Source of the DNA: the human T2T-CHM13v2.0 reference genome, Homo sapiens
DNA length: 64,000 bases
Assembly: GCF_009914755.1 (NCBI RefSeq)
Contig: NC_060930.1
Strand: one strand, 5' to 3'
The notes beneath the pieces were generated by a model. It worked only from the letters and a program-made list of their open reading frames with translations, was not told the origin of the DNA and ran no database searches. Positions 52,690 through 64,000 of the stretch are shown piece by piece. The first letter of the stretch is position 1. Each line of letters opens with the position of its first letter. The translations under genes were made by a program, and so were the position numbers.

Positions 52690-52899
52690 GGGAAGGAAGG
52701 AAGGAAGGAAGGAAGGAAGGAAGGAAGGAAGGAAGGAAGGAAGGAAGGAAAGAAAGAAAGAAAGGAGAGAGAAAGAGAGAGAAAGAAAGAAAGAAGAAAG
52801 AGAGAGAGAGGAGAGAGAGAGGGAGGGAGAGAGGGAGGGAGGGAGGGAGGAAGGAAGGAAGGAAGGAGAAAGAAAGAAAAAAGAAAAGAAAGAAAGAAA
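52585..52899 (+). repeat. Compound purine microsatellite from an Alu tail: (GAAA)19 at 52612-52687, (GGAA)15 at 52691-52750, then GA/GGGA blocks
   Basis: 315 nt containing only A and G, counted from the sequence. Confidence 0.97.
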
Positions 52900-52966
52900 C
52901 AGAAAGCAAGCAAGCTGTAGTGACAGTAATAGTCAAGTGTGTATCCTCAGGCCTGTTATTTAATTA

Positions 52967-53451
52967 CAGTTATCTCTTCCTACCTGTGGGTTCTGTATCT
53001 TCAGATTCAACCAACTGGGGATTGAATATATTTGGGAAAAGAAAAATACAACAATAAAAAGTAATACAAATTTTAAAATATAGTATAACAAGTATTTACA
53101 TAATATTGATATTATATTGGGTATTATAAGTAATCTGAAGATGATGTAAAGTATACAAGAGGATGTGCATAGGTTATATGCAAATACTACCCCATTTTCT
53201 CTCATTCTCTTTCTCTCTTTTTTTTTTTTTTTTTTCTGAGACAGAGTCTCACTATTGTTGCCCAGGCTGGTCTCAAACTTCTGGGCTCAAGCAGTCCTCC
53301 TGCCTCAGCCTCCTGAGTAAGTGGGATTACAGGTATGCACCATCACACCCAGCTACTATGCCATTTTATACAAGGGACTTGGGCATCCATGGATTTTGCT
53401 ATCCAAGGGGGATCCTAGAATCAATCACTAACAGATACTGAAGGGCAACTG
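52967..53451 (+). mobile_element. Tigger3a/MER7A-like MITE with Alu fragment (~53218-53353)
   Basis: TA|CAGTT...AACTG|TA inverted termini; GAGGATGTGCATAGGTTATATGCAAATACTAC core. Confidence 0.85.
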
Positions 53452-53983
53452 TAAAGAGAATGTAATCTAATCACTCCTCCAGTAACTTGAACATGTCAAG
53501 TAATATTATAGTAATGGAAGTGTCATTGACTGCATAGACCAGAGCGGGAAATACACTGCAGAAATAGGGTGGCAGGAAAGAGAGAGAGAGAGAGAGTTTA
53601 TGGTGTATCTCTAACACTATATGGAAGAGAAAACACATCTTTCATGGTGGGAGCTTTTGTCCCAGCATTGAGAGACTTTCTTGGATCATTGGAATGATAA
53701 GAAAGAAACTGTGCTGCTACTCCAGCTGCAACTTTACCCTCTGGTATCAATAGGCCTTTTTGAAGACAGGAACTCCTTGGGGAATACCAAGCTTGGCCCA
53801 ATTACAAAGGCCCCTTGATCTGGGAGTCAGAATCATATAGCAGCCTGATCTTTTCTCCTCAAGAAACCACTCTCAAAACACAATCTGTGTTAGAAAAGGT
53901 TTTCAAAACTAAATTACATTTACATTTTAGTTTGTTAGAGCAGGAACTTCCTTTTTGATTAACCTTCATTAGTCACTGAATAT

Positions 53984-54190
53984 TGTGAAATATATATTTG
54001 GTCTTCCACTTCCTGGCATATAACTCCTAAAATCCTTGGACTCTCTGAAGTGATAAACATACTTTTGCATGCTAATTAGTTGACTGATGGCTGGCAACTC
54101 CTATGTAGCTTTAGGATGGGGGCTAATCACCCCAAAAACCAAGGCAGGATTAGAGGATTGGAACTTTCAGCCCCACCCCCCAACCTCCTA
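53984..54190 (+). mobile_element. MER21-like LTR 5' fragment
   Basis: AACTCCTAAAATCCTTGG...GGATTAGAGGATTGGAACTTTCAGCCCCACCCCC. Confidence 0.7.
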
Positions 54191-54659
54191 GAAGAGGTCA
54201 GGAGAAAGATGCTTTAGAAATAAACTACAGTAGATCTATTAATTCTTTCAATCAATTTAGCTATTTGTGAAATTTCATTTTGTGCAAGGAGGTAACACCT
54301 GCATTTCCATCACCTGCTAGCAGTCTCACAAATATGTATTATTGGTCATAAATGGAATTAGAAACTTCTATCATGAATGTAAGTAGAGGAACTAAAAACA
54401 GAAGGCCATTTGTATTATATCATCCAGAATATAAAGCATTATTTAATAAATTCAAACTGTTTTCTAAATGATACCCTGGTGTCCACAATGTTACTGCAGC
54501 CCCTTAACAAAGCTTACTTAATAACTAATACTCCTGTGGCTTGAGAGAACTCTATAGGAGTAACAGATATGTAATTTATTTCCCAGAACATGGATAACAT
54601 AGGGTTAAAATTGTAATTTGTCATAAATGTATACTACAAATGTAATATAAAATTATAAT

Positions 54660-56505
<1,846 letters not shown>

Positions 56506-56509
56506 ATAG

Positions 56510-64000
<7,491 letters not shown>

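Overview
Primate, almost certainly human, genomic DNA (it carries an SVA_F-type element). The window holds the 5' end of RNGTT, the mRNA capping enzyme gene (human 6q15 from memory), on the minus strand. Coding exon 1 is at 23906-23969 and exon 2 at 1482-1591, separated by a 22.3-kb intron 1, with a CpG-island promoter at about 23.8-24.6 kb. The remaining ~40 kb is upstream intergenic DNA. Almost everything else is transposon-derived. Intron 1 contains a Tigger1 interrupted by a full-length SVA_F and Alus, a near-full-length L1PB and an MLT2A solo LTR. Upstream lie a four-level nest (MER89-like LTR > AluJ > MER61 provirus > MER11 solo LTR and Alus), MLT1, MER39, MER21, Tigger3a, L1PB4, a MER4-group internal region, a SERF2 processed pseudogene and dozens of Alus. 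Nearly all ORFs in the supplied track are repeat artefacts. I found no convincing new biological system. The best leads are a 7-codon uORF in the RNGTT leader, a candidate divergent spliced transcript, an antisense intronic SVA_F with an unexplained 8-nt 5' tag, a MER61 provirus with discordant LTRs and a ~200-bp foreign insert at the PPT, paired templated duplications at 46.7/48.7 kb, a frameshifted but open 115-aa SERF2 retro-ORF, and a 315-nt pure-purine tract with (GGAA)15. Repeat subfamily names come from recalled consensus sequences and need RepeatMasker/Dfam confirmation. Boundaries without a stated TSD or splice site are approximate.
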